Positions 24,554 through 31,963 of a stretch of 32,000 nucleotides of DNA are shown one piece after another. The position numbers were made by a program, and so were the translations under genes. The stretch is from Phycisphaera mikurensis NBRC 102666 (lineage in GTDB: Bacteria; Planctomycetota; Phycisphaerae; Phycisphaerales; Phycisphaeraceae). The number at the start of each line of letters is the position of its first letter. Position 1 is the stretch's first letter. The stretch lies in the NCBI RefSeq assembly GCF_000284115.1, contig NC_017080.1, forward strand, positions 1 through 32,000. The letters are read 5' to 3'. The notes beneath the pieces are model-generated. The model did not search any database. It saw nothing but the letters and a program-made list of their open reading frames with translations, and was not told where the DNA came from.

Positions 24554-26692
24554 ATGCGTCCCGCACCCGCCCTCCTCGCCGCCCTCTTGCTCGCGCTCCC
24601 GGCGCCGGCGTCCTCCGCCGGATCCGCCGCGGGCGCCTGGCACGCCGTGCCGTGGGTGACGGCCGACGCGCTGACCGACCCCGCGGTCACGCGCGGGGGC
24701 GAGGGCGGGCAGTGGATCCGCTCGCTGGCGATCGACGGAGCCGACGGATCCTTCCTGATCTATGGAACCGACGTCGGCGGCCTGTTCCGCACCCTCGACG
24801 GCGGCGACACCTGGGAGCCCGCGAACGTTGGCTACGAGCCCCGGGGCACCTGCGCCGTCGCGATCGACCCGGCGAACCCCGACCGCTGCCTCTCGGTCGG
24901 GGCCAACTCCGTGGCTTCCGACGCGCACGGGATCTGGCTGAGCACCGACCGGGCCGGCTCGTGGGAGCACAAGCTCGTGGCCCGGATCTCCTCGACCGTC
25001 GACTTCCGCCAGCAGCTCGCCTACGACGCCGCGAGCTTCGACGAGGCCTTGGGTTTCTGCACCGACGCGTACTGGTCACGGATCCGCGACGACGAAGCGA
25101 AGTGGGGCGAGGTCCAGCCCGACCCGGCGCTGTACCGGACCTCCGACGGCGGCGAGACGTGGGAGCGGCTCCCCGGCTCGGAGCCGTTCGCCGGCGGGCA
25201 CCTCGTGACCCACCCCACACGCCGCGGCGTGCTCTACGCGACCCACCCCGGCGGCCTGTCGGTGAGCGAGGACCGCGGCGAGTCCTTCCGGCTCCTGCTC
25301 GCGGGGAACTTCGCGGGCGTGGCGGTCTCCCCCGACCGCCCCGACGCGCTGTGGGTGGCCCACCCCGGTGGCTTGAAGATCTCGCACGATGGCGGCCGCA
25401 CCTGGGCCGACAGCCCGATGACCGGCGTCTCGCTGGAGGGCCGGGAGGGCGTGGTGTTCGAGCACCCGACGGCGAGCCCGGTGGACGCCGACCGCCTCGC
25501 CGTGCGCAGCCGCGACGAGGACTGGTCCTGGAAGCTGCACGTCTCCGGCGACGGCGGCCGCGGCTTCCGCGAGGCCGCTTTCGACAACGACCTCGCCTTC
25601 CTGCCCTTCAACGTCCGCCACTGGGCGGTCGCGTGGAGCCCGACGAACGCCCGGATCGGCCACACGGTCGGCGGGGACTGGGCGACCCGGTCGCTCGACG
25701 GCGGCGAGACCTTCGCCTGGGCGGGCGACGGGATCAACGGCATCAAGGTCGGCGGCGCCTTCCACTTCGGCTCCGCGTCGCCGGGCACCGTCTACCTGGG
25801 GGCCCAGGACTACAACGGCGCCATCACCCGCGACGGCGGCCGCACCTGGAGCTACGTCAACGCCTCGGGCGACGGCTGGGGCGGCATGGCCTACGGCGGC
25901 TTCGCGGTCGACGACCGGACGCTGATCGTCGGCAAGGGCGAGGGCTGGGACGGGCTCCGGGTGGTGACCGTTTCCACGGACGGCGGTGAAACGATGCGGG
26001 AGGTGCCCGGGGCGACCTGGGACGGCAACCGGTCGGATCCCGCGACGTTCGGGCTGGAAAGCTCTCTCGCCGATCCGCGACGCGAGGGCGTCTGGTTCTG
26101 CGGGCCGTTCCGGACCGCCGACGCGGGCGGGAGCTGGGAACGCATGACCGGCTGCCACGGCGTGGTCGCGGCGCAGGGCGGCTTGCTCTACGGCGTGCGG
26201 CAGACCGACGGGGACGACGCCGCCGTGGTCACCAGCGCCGACGGCGGCGTGGCGTGGCGGCCGCTGGTGGGCGGGTACGCCCGGATCCGGGACGTGGCTC
26301 CCGAGGTCGGCGGCGACGGGGTGTACTTCGTCGCGGACAAGAAGCTGCACCGCTTCGACGCCGACACCGGCGTCGAGGTGCTCGACACGCCGGGCGACGC
26401 CCGGTGGGGCCGCAACGTGGCCAGCGTCGCGACGGACCCCGGTCGGCCGGGCCGGCTGTACGCGGCCCAGCACACCAACGCCCACAAGTCCTCGGTGGGC
26501 GCGATGGTCTCGCGGGACGGCGGGCGGACCTGGGCCTCGCTCACCCGCACCGAGCCGCTGGACGGAAGCGGCGACGGCGGCGGCCTTGACGGCGGCAACG
26601 AAGCTTCGTGGGTCCGCGTGGATCCCGCGACGGGGGACGCCTGGTTCGCGACCGGCTGCTACGGGCTCTGGCGATGGAGCCCGGCGGACTGA
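24554..26692 (+). CDS. Secreted Asp-box (BNR) repeat beta-propeller protein, GH74/sortilin-like (712 aa)
   Basis: ATG at 24554 with signal peptide MRPAPALLAALLLALPAPASSA (the track start at 24524 is TTG). About 12 SxDxGxTW-type boxes, for example TLDGGDTWEP, TSDGGETWERL, ISHDGGRTWAD, ITRDGGRTWSY, VSRDGGRTWAS. Confidence 0.8.
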   Translation: MRPAPALLAALLLALPAPASSAGSAAGAWHAVPWVTADALTDPAVTRGGEGGQWIRSLAIDGADGSFLIYGTDVGGLFRTLDGGDTWEPANVGYEPRGTCAVAIDPANPDRCLSVGANSVASDAHGIWLSTDRAGSWEHKLVARISSTVDFRQQLAYDAASFDEALGFCTDAYWSRIRDDEAKWGEVQPDPALYRTSDGGETWERLPGSEPFAGGHLVTHPTRRGVLYATHPGGLSVSEDRGESFRLLLAGNFAGVAVSPDRPDALWVAHPGGLKISHDGGRTWADSPMTGVSLEGREGVVFEHPTASPVDADRLAVRSRDEDWSWKLHVSGDGGRGFREAAFDNDLAFLPFNVRHWAVAWSPTNARIGHTVGGDWATRSLDGGETFAWAGDGINGIKVGGAFHFGSASPGTVYLGAQDYNGAITRDGGRTWSYVNASGDGWGGMAYGGFAVDDRTLIVGKGEGWDGLRVVTVSTDGGETMREVPGATWDGNRSDPATFGLESSLADPRREGVWFCGPFRTADAGGSWERMTGCHGVVAAQGGLLYGVRQTDGDDAAVVTSADGGVAWRPLVGGYARIRDVAPEVGGDGVYFVADKKLHRFDADTGVEVLDTPGDARWGRNVASVATDPGRPGRLYAAQHTNAHKSSVGAMVSRDGGRTWASLTRTEPLDGSGDGGGLDGGNEASWVRVDPATGDAWFATGCYGLWRWSPAD

Positions 26693-26703
26693 GCCTTCCA
26701 GAT

Positions 26704-26749
26704 CCGCGGACCGCCGGCCGTTCCGGCCGTTCCGGCCGACGGTCCGCGG
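26704..26749. repeat. REP-like 46-nt palindromic element, copy 4 (interior holds ccggccgtt x2.8)
   Basis: ccgcggaccg-ccggccgttccggccgttccggccga-cggtccgcgg. Both arms are exact, the interior is 26 nt and pairing continues 6 bp inward. It starts 12 nt after the stop of the first propeller gene. Confidence 0.78.
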
Positions 26750-26808
26750 CCGCCGGCGGGGCCACGCCTCCTCCCCCTCCGTTCCCGCACGACACCGAGA
26801 CGCCGCCG

Positions 26809-29478
26809 ATGATCTCCCTCTTACGCCGCTGCCTTTGGTCCCGATCCGCTCCCGAGCCGGTCCGCTTCGGGGCCCTTGAACCGCTCGAACCGCGGGTGCT
26901 GCTCTCCGCAACGCCGCTGCAGTGGGAGCCGCTGGACGAGCCGGGCGCCGGCGGCCGCATGGACGCGATCCACGTGAGCCCGCACGACGCCCGGCGCGTG
27001 CTGCTCGGCGGCGACATGCTCGGGATCGGCCGGAGCACCGACGGTGGTGACGCCTGGATGCCGACCTCGGGGCTGCTCTCCTGGGAGGTCGGCGACTTCA
27101 CCTCCCACCCCGACCGCCCGAACGAGGTCTGGGCCGGGACGCTCAGCGGTCCGCACCGCAGCATCGACGGCGGGCAGACGTGGGAGCCGCGGCGAGCGGG
27201 CATGCCCGCCCCGCGCTTCGGCGAGTTCACCGCGCCCGTCGAAACGATTCTCTACGACCTGGGCAGCACCGCCCGCTCGAGGCTGCTGGCCTTCACCGGG
27301 GACCACCGCGACTTCTCGGGCAACACGACGAACCAGGGCCGGGTGTACCTGAGCCGCAACGGCGGCGAAAGCTGGACGCTGGCCAGCACCGTCGTCGACG
27401 GCGGCAACATCGTCGACGCCGCCTACGCCGGCGGGAGCCACGAGTACCTGTGGACGGCGGTGCGGGACCACGGGATCTACCTCAGCAGCAACGACGGCAA
27501 AGCCGGCACGTGGACCCGTCGCAGCAGCGGCCTGCCGACGCTGGGCAGCGGCGTCCACCTCTCCGGCGTCGTTGCCCACCCCGACCGCCTCGGCACCGCC
27601 TTCGCCACGGTCGCCGTGGATCAAGGGGACCAGCGCCTGCGAACCGATCCGGCCCGCGCAGACGCCGGCGGCGTCTACCGCACCACCGACCGTGGCCGGA
27701 GCTGGCAGAAGGTCGAGGGCGGCGGCTCGTCGTCCTACTGGCCGAGCAGCTTCCAGCACCTGGACATCGGCCGCGACGGCGCGACGCTCTACGCCGTGAA
27801 CGACTCCTGGTCCTCGCCCCGCGGCGTTTACAAGAGCGCCGACGGCGGGAGCGGCTGGCAGCACGTGCTCTCGGCGGCAAACGCCAGCGGCCGGATGAGC
27901 GAGGCGACGCCCTTCGGCCCCGGCGACACGGTCGATCAGTGGTGGGTGGAGATCGACCCCAACGACGACGACCGCGTCTACACCGCCGGGACCCATTCGG
28001 CGCTGCGGTCCACCGATGGCGGCGCGACCTGGGACGACGTCACCTCCGACAGCGCCGGCGGCGGGCTCTTCCGCGGCACCGGCTACGGCGGCTGGGTCGC
28101 CACCAACGCCCAGTGGAACCCGTACCGGCCAAGCGTGTTGGTGGCTCAGGGGCTGGACTCCGGCCACGCGATGATCGCCGATGGAGACGGCTCGGCCTGG
28201 CGGGTCCGCCAGAGCGGCCTGCCCAGCTACGGCGGCGGCCAGGACGTCGCCTTCGGCGGCGACGGGCAGACGCTCTTCGTGGGGTTGGGCCAGCAGGGCT
28301 TCTCCGAGCGGCAGGTCGCCCGGAGCCTCGATGGCGGTGTGAGCTGGTCGGACCTCTCGGTGCCCGCCGCCGTGGAGAACGCCATGGTCGGGTCCATCCA
28401 CGCCGACCCCAGCGACGGCAACGCCGTCTGGGCGGTGATGGGCGGCTCGCTCTACCGCTCCGACAACGCGCTGGCCGACCCCGCTTCCGTCGCTTGGACG
28501 CGGCTCGACCGCTTCAACGGCGAGACCGTCCGCGACATCGAGGCGGCGCCCAACACGGGCGACGACTTCTTCGTCGCCACCGACGGCGGCGTCTGGAAGA
28601 CGACCAACGGGCGGGACTTCGCTGCGCTCGGCGGACCCGCCGGCGGCGAGGCCTCGGCCCTGGCGGTCGACCCGACGGATCCCGCCGTCGTGTGGGCCGC
28701 GGTCAACAACAGCTTCTGGGGCGACTTCGGCGTGTGGCGGCTGGACAGCGGGAGCGGGGGCGGGTGGCAGCGGATGTTCACCGGAGACCGCGGAGCCGCC
28801 GCCTGGGTGCGCGATCTCGCGGTGGACCCCTCCGATCCGCAGCGTGTCGCGCTGGTCACGAACCAGAACCCCTTCAGCGGGGTGTCGCTGGCGACCGGCG
28901 TGTGGCTGACCGAGGACGGCGGCCAGAGCTGGTCGCAGCAGAACGAAGGCTTGCGGGTGCTCCGCGGCAGCACGATCAACTTCAGCCCCGCGGGCGACCG
29001 GATCGCCGTGGGCCTCAACGGCGGCGGCTTCGCCACCGCGTCGCTGCCTCCCGCGACGCCGCAGAGCTTCATCGGTCGGTCGATCCGCATCCAGGCCCTC
29101 AACGACGGCGAGTACGTGACCCGCACCGGGGGCGGAGCGGGGCCGTTGCAGTCGACCGCGGCGAGCGCCGGCGACGCCGAGGTCTTCGAAGTCGTCGACG
29201 CCGGCGACGGCTTCGTGGCCCTGCGGGCCTCCAACGGGAAGTACGTCGCCGCGGACCTGAGCAACGGCCGCAACGGCACCCTCTACGCCGATCGCACGAG
29301 CGTCCGGGGCTGGGAGAAGTTCGAGCTGGTCCCCTCGGGCCCGGGCCGCTTCGGCCTGCTCGCCAACGCGAACAACCGCCTCGTCGCTTCGGAGAGCGAC
29401 GGGAACCAGCCCCTGAAGGCGCGGACGGACCCGGGCAGCTTGGGGGCGTGGGAAGCCTTCACGCTCGAGATCGTGTGA
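26809..29478 (+). CDS. Secreted Asp-box beta-propeller protein with LEPR-XLL-type N-terminus and C-terminal fascin-like beta-trefoil (889 aa)
   Basis: ATG at 26809. N-terminus ...FGALEPLEPRVLLSATP. Asp boxes RSTDGGDAWMP, RSIDGGQTWEP, RSTDGGATWDD, RSLDGGVSWSD, LTEDGGQSWSQ. The last ~137 aa (about 29065-29475) form three internal repeats ending EVFEVV, GWEKFELV and AWEAFTLE. Confidence 0.8.
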   Translation: MISLLRRCLWSRSAPEPVRFGALEPLEPRVLLSATPLQWEPLDEPGAGGRMDAIHVSPHDARRVLLGGDMLGIGRSTDGGDAWMPTSGLLSWEVGDFTSHPDRPNEVWAGTLSGPHRSIDGGQTWEPRRAGMPAPRFGEFTAPVETILYDLGSTARSRLLAFTGDHRDFSGNTTNQGRVYLSRNGGESWTLASTVVDGGNIVDAAYAGGSHEYLWTAVRDHGIYLSSNDGKAGTWTRRSSGLPTLGSGVHLSGVVAHPDRLGTAFATVAVDQGDQRLRTDPARADAGGVYRTTDRGRSWQKVEGGGSSSYWPSSFQHLDIGRDGATLYAVNDSWSSPRGVYKSADGGSGWQHVLSAANASGRMSEATPFGPGDTVDQWWVEIDPNDDDRVYTAGTHSALRSTDGGATWDDVTSDSAGGGLFRGTGYGGWVATNAQWNPYRPSVLVAQGLDSGHAMIADGDGSAWRVRQSGLPSYGGGQDVAFGGDGQTLFVGLGQQGFSERQVARSLDGGVSWSDLSVPAAVENAMVGSIHADPSDGNAVWAVMGGSLYRSDNALADPASVAWTRLDRFNGETVRDIEAAPNTGDDFFVATDGGVWKTTNGRDFAALGGPAGGEASALAVDPTDPAVVWAAVNNSFWGDFGVWRLDSGSGGGWQRMFTGDRGAAAWVRDLAVDPSDPQRVALVTNQNPFSGVSLATGVWLTEDGGQSWSQQNEGLRVLRGSTINFSPAGDRIAVGLNGGGFATASLPPATPQSFIGRSIRIQALNDGEYVTRTGGGAGPLQSTAASAGDAEVFEVVDAGDGFVALRASNGKYVAADLSNGRNGTLYADRTSVRGWEKFELVPSGPGRFGLLANANNRLVASESDGNQPLKARTDPGSLGAWEAFTLEIV

Positions 29479-29622
29479 GCCGCGGCCCTTGGCGGGGCAG
29501 GGTGGCCCCCGCATCCGACGGCAAGCGTCGCCCACCGCTCCCGCGTGCTGCTCTTCGGGCTCCTGCCGCTGCCCACCGCCTGGCCGGCGCACCGCGCGCC
29601 ATCTCTTGGTGGGTCAGCGTCA

Positions 29623-29651
29623 GCGGGGCGACGCCCCGCCCCGGGGGGCGG
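29623..29651. terminator. Two overlapping GC hairpins between convergent genes (gcgggg-cgacg-ccccgc; ccgcccc-gg-ggggcgg)
   Basis: Read directly in the 194-nt convergent spacer. No U-tract; function is inferred from position only. Confidence 0.3.
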
Positions 29652-29672
29652 TCCGGGATGGCGCGCGGTGCG

Positions 29673-30011
29673 CTAGGCGGCCCGCTTGTGGCGTGGGACC
29701 TTCGTGAGGAACGGCTTGTCGCCGGTGAGGTCGGCGATGCGGCGCTCCAGGTCTCTCTTTTCCTTCTGCAGCGCGACTTTGCTCACGAGGTCGAGGAGAC
29801 CGCCGTCGAGCTGCTTGGCGACGGCCCGGAGCTGCTTCTTCAGCTCGGCGACCCGCGGATCGGCCGTCGGCTTCTGCCGCTTGGCGGTGGCGGCGGCCTT
29901 GCTCTTGGCCTTCGCCTTGGGGGCGCCCGCCGGCTTGCGCCCCGGCTTGGGCGGCGCCTCCTGCTTCGCGGCGCTGGCGGACTTCTTCTTGTTCGGGCGG
30001 GCGGAGGCCAT
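29673..30011 (-). CDS. Small lysine/alanine-rich basic protein with predicted helical C-terminal half (112 aa; alternative ATG at 30071 gives 132 aa)
   Basis: MASARPNKKKSASAAKQEAPPKPGRKPAGAPKAKAKSKAAATAKRQKP, then VAELKKQLRAVAKQLDGGLLDLVSKVALQKEKRDLERRIADL. Third-position GC bias fits coding sequence. I recognise no family. Confidence 0.55.
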   Translation of the reverse strand: MASARPNKKKSASAAKQEAPPKPGRKPAGAPKAKAKSKAAATAKRQKPTADPRVAELKKQLRAVAKQLDGGLLDLVSKVALQKEKRDLERRIADLTGDKPFLTKVPRHKRAA

Positions 30012-30103
30012 GGGAAGCTTTCTCTTGGGGTGCGGACAGTCACGCGCCAGCGGGGCGAGCAGGCTCCTCATCGGAAGGAGGACGGGGCGGCTTCAGGGGT
30101 CGA

Positions 30104-30141
30104 GCAGAGGAGCGGGGCGTCGCACGCCACCGCCCCTCTGC
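30104..30141. other. Long imperfect hairpin inside the 443-nt spacer
   Basis: gcagaggagcggggcgt-cgc-acgccaccgcccctctgc: 7+4+5 bp with one mismatch and one bulge. It lies 33 nt upstream of ATG 30071 and 93 nt upstream of ATG 30011 on the minus strand. Confidence 0.4.
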
Positions 30142-30454
30142 ATCTGCACCCGTCGTGTTGTGCGCGTCGGGCAACTCTCGGTGCTGGGCGGACGCTCGCG
30201 TTCCCTCCGGTCTTAGTCCCGCACGTCAATCCCGACCCCAGTGATGGACACGCTGATGAATGCAGAAACAGCCTGTGCGCCCTGCCGAGCGTGGCGGGCC
30301 GCTTCAGCTGGGCTGCCCGCCTCCGCTTCTGGATCCACGGGGTGGATGAGCCACCTGTGCAGCCAACGGGCCGGGTGCAGCCCCTCCCGCGCAGCGTTGC
30401 GCTGCCGCGTGATGCTCTTGTGCTCCTGCTCCTTCGCTCCCCGATCCAGATCCT

Positions 30455-31507
30455 TCAGCTGCTGTAGGTCGCGGCCTTCACGGCCTCGACGATCTTCTGG
30501 GCGTTGGGGAGCATCTCCTGCTCCATCGCGCGGTTGTACGGCGCGGGGATGTCGTCGTTGTGGACGCGCTTCACGCTGTTGTCCAGGTCGTCGAAGCAGT
30601 GCTCGTGGATCTGGGCGGCGACCTCGGCGCCGACGCTGGCGAAGGGCCAGCTCTGGTCGACGACGACGGCGTAGTTGGTCTTCTTCACGCTCCGGACGAT
30701 CGTGTCGGTGTCCAGCGGGCGGTAGGTGCGGACGTTGATGACCTCGACGTCCAGGCCCTCCTTCTCCAGCGCCTCGGCGGCTTCGAGCGCGAAGTGGACC
30801 GGCCGGCCGGCGGCGACGATGGTGCAGTCGGTGCCCTCCTTGATGACCTCGGCCTGGCCGAGCGGGATGACGAAGTCGTCGTCGTCCTCGGGCGGAGCCC
30901 AGAGGCCGTCGTGCAGGTAGCGGGAGAAGTCCTTGTCGCCGCGGGCCCCCATGCCCAGCATCCGCTCGGACTCCAGGTTGAAGAAGGGATCGGGGTCCTG
31001 CAGGCCGGCCTTGAGCAGGCCTTTCGCGTCGCGGGGGGTGGCGGGCACGGCCAGCTTGAGGCCGGGCACCGAGCTGAACATGCTCTCAACCGACCAGCTG
31101 TGCGTGGAGCCCAGCTGCCCGCCGGCGCCGTTGTTGCCGCGGAAGACGATGTTGCAGCCGAACTGGCCGCCGCTCATGTAGAGCATCTTCGGCGCGTTGT
31201 TGATGATCTGGTCGGCGGAGACCAGGCAGAACGACCAGCTCATGAACTCGATGATGGGCTTGAGGCCGTACATCGCCGCCCCGATGCCCAGGCCCGAGAA
31301 ACCGGTCTCGGAGATCGGCGCGTCGACGATCCGGCGCGGGCCGAACTCGTCGAGCATGCCCTCGCTGACCTTGTACGCGCCGTTGTACTCGGCGACCTCC
31401 TCGCCCATGAGGAAGTGCCGGTCGTCCTTGCGCATCTCCTCCTCCATGGCTTCGCGGAGGGCGTGGCGGTACTGGATCTTGCGGTCGGTTCTCGTGTCGG
31501 CGGCCAT
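30455..31507 (-). CDS. pdhB: Pyruvate dehydrogenase E1 component beta subunit (350 aa)
   Basis: ATG at 31507 (the track TTG at 31516 is 3 codons upstream). MGEEVAEYNGAYKVSEGMLDEFGPRRIVDAPISETGFSGLGIGAAMYGLKPIIEFM and INNAPKMLYMSGGQFGCNIVFRGNNGAGGQLGSTHS are colinear with alphaproteobacterial/mitochondrial-type PdhB as I recall it. Confidence 0.92.
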   Translation of the reverse strand: MAADTRTDRKIQYRHALREAMEEEMRKDDRHFLMGEEVAEYNGAYKVSEGMLDEFGPRRIVDAPISETGFSGLGIGAAMYGLKPIIEFMSWSFCLVSADQIINNAPKMLYMSGGQFGCNIVFRGNNGAGGQLGSTHSWSVESMFSSVPGLKLAVPATPRDAKGLLKAGLQDPDPFFNLESERMLGMGARGDKDFSRYLHDGLWAPPEDDDDFVIPLGQAEVIKEGTDCTIVAAGRPVHFALEAAEALEKEGLDVEVINVRTYRPLDTDTIVRSVKKTNYAVVVDQSWPFASVGAEVAAQIHEHCFDDLDNSVKRVHNDDIPAPYNRAMEQEMLPNAQKIVEAVKAATYSS

Positions 31508-31526
31508 GGTGTTCAAAGTAGAGGAT

Positions 31527-31724
31527 TCAGCTTTCGCCCTCGGGGACGGGGATCTCCAAGGCCCTGCAGATGGAGCGGGCGGTGTTGTGTTGGATCTCCT
31601 TGTGCCGGGGGACCGCCTGCACCCGGCCGTTGAACAGGTTCACCCAGATCGTGTGGCTCCCGCCTTCAGGGTCGACGCGACAGCAGTGGCGGCGGAGGTG
31701 CTTCTCCAGCTTCCGCAGCTTCAA
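31527..31724 (-). CDS. hicA: HicA-family mRNA interferase toxin (65 aa)
   Basis: TTG start at 31724 in a TTGA overlap with the hicB stop. KLRKLEKHLRRHCCRVDPEGGSHTIWVN...AVPRHKEIQHNTARSICRALEIP matches the HicA pattern (GSH...VP.H.EI..GT...I). Confidence 0.8.
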   Translation of the reverse strand: MKLRKLEKHLRRHCCRVDPEGGSHTIWVNLFNGRVQAVPRHKEIQHNTARSICRALEIPVPEGES

Positions 31725-31963
31725 AGGCTGAGCTTCCGACAGACGGCGCCCTCTGGGAGGCGTTTCATTGCCTGCGCCCGCCGGTACGCAAAGAGTTCAA
31801 GCAACGACTCTTCGAGGTTGGCGATGGCCGTCGCTTCGGTCGGCCCCTCCCCATTGGCCTCGTAAAACTCGGCGCAGGCGGCGTGGAACCCCGTCTCCCC
31901 CTCGTCCGGCGGCGTGATGATGTACGTGATCTCCAGATTCGCGTGCTGGGTGGTAGCGGTCAT
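31721..31963 (-). CDS. hicB: HicB-like antitoxin, N-terminal (UPF0150/RNase-H-like) domain only (80 aa)
   Basis: ATG at 31963. LEITYIITPPDEGETGFHAACAEFYEANGEGPTEATAIANLEESLLELF fits the HicB N-domain pattern. No RHH or HTH tail is present. Coupled to hicA. Confidence 0.7.
   Translation of the reverse strand: MTATTQHANLEITYIITPPDEGETGFHAACAEFYEANGEGPTEATAIANLEESLLELFAYRRAQAMKRLPEGAVCRKLSL

Noticed and set aside
30333-30347. atccac-ggg-gtggat inverted repeat resembling two facing partial DnaA boxes; possible oriC
   Set aside because: Each half matches the TTATCCACA consensus at only 6-7 of 9 positions. There are only two sites, no adjacent AT-rich unwinding element, and the locus is 29 kb from dnaA. 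This is insufficient to call an origin.
30012-30454. Possible tmRNA, RNase P RNA or SRP RNA in the long spacer
   Set aside because: I checked both strands by eye. There is no GAGGAAAGTCCGGGC-type RNase P P4 element. There is no tRNA-like GGTTCGAnTCC...CCA 3' end downstream of the tmRNA-like ggggtcgggattgacg. Only a weak ccggagggaac resemblance to the SRP GGAAGCAGCC motif is present. The region is kept as an unassigned structured spacer.
26821-30467. 923-aa minus-strand ORF (26821-29592) and 1095-aa plus-strand ORF (27180-30467)
   Set aside because: Both overlap the Asp-box propeller gene (26809-29478), whose frame carries about 11 SxDxGxTW boxes and a trefoil domain. Both alternatives translate to low-complexity Arg/Gly/Ala/Pro sequence.
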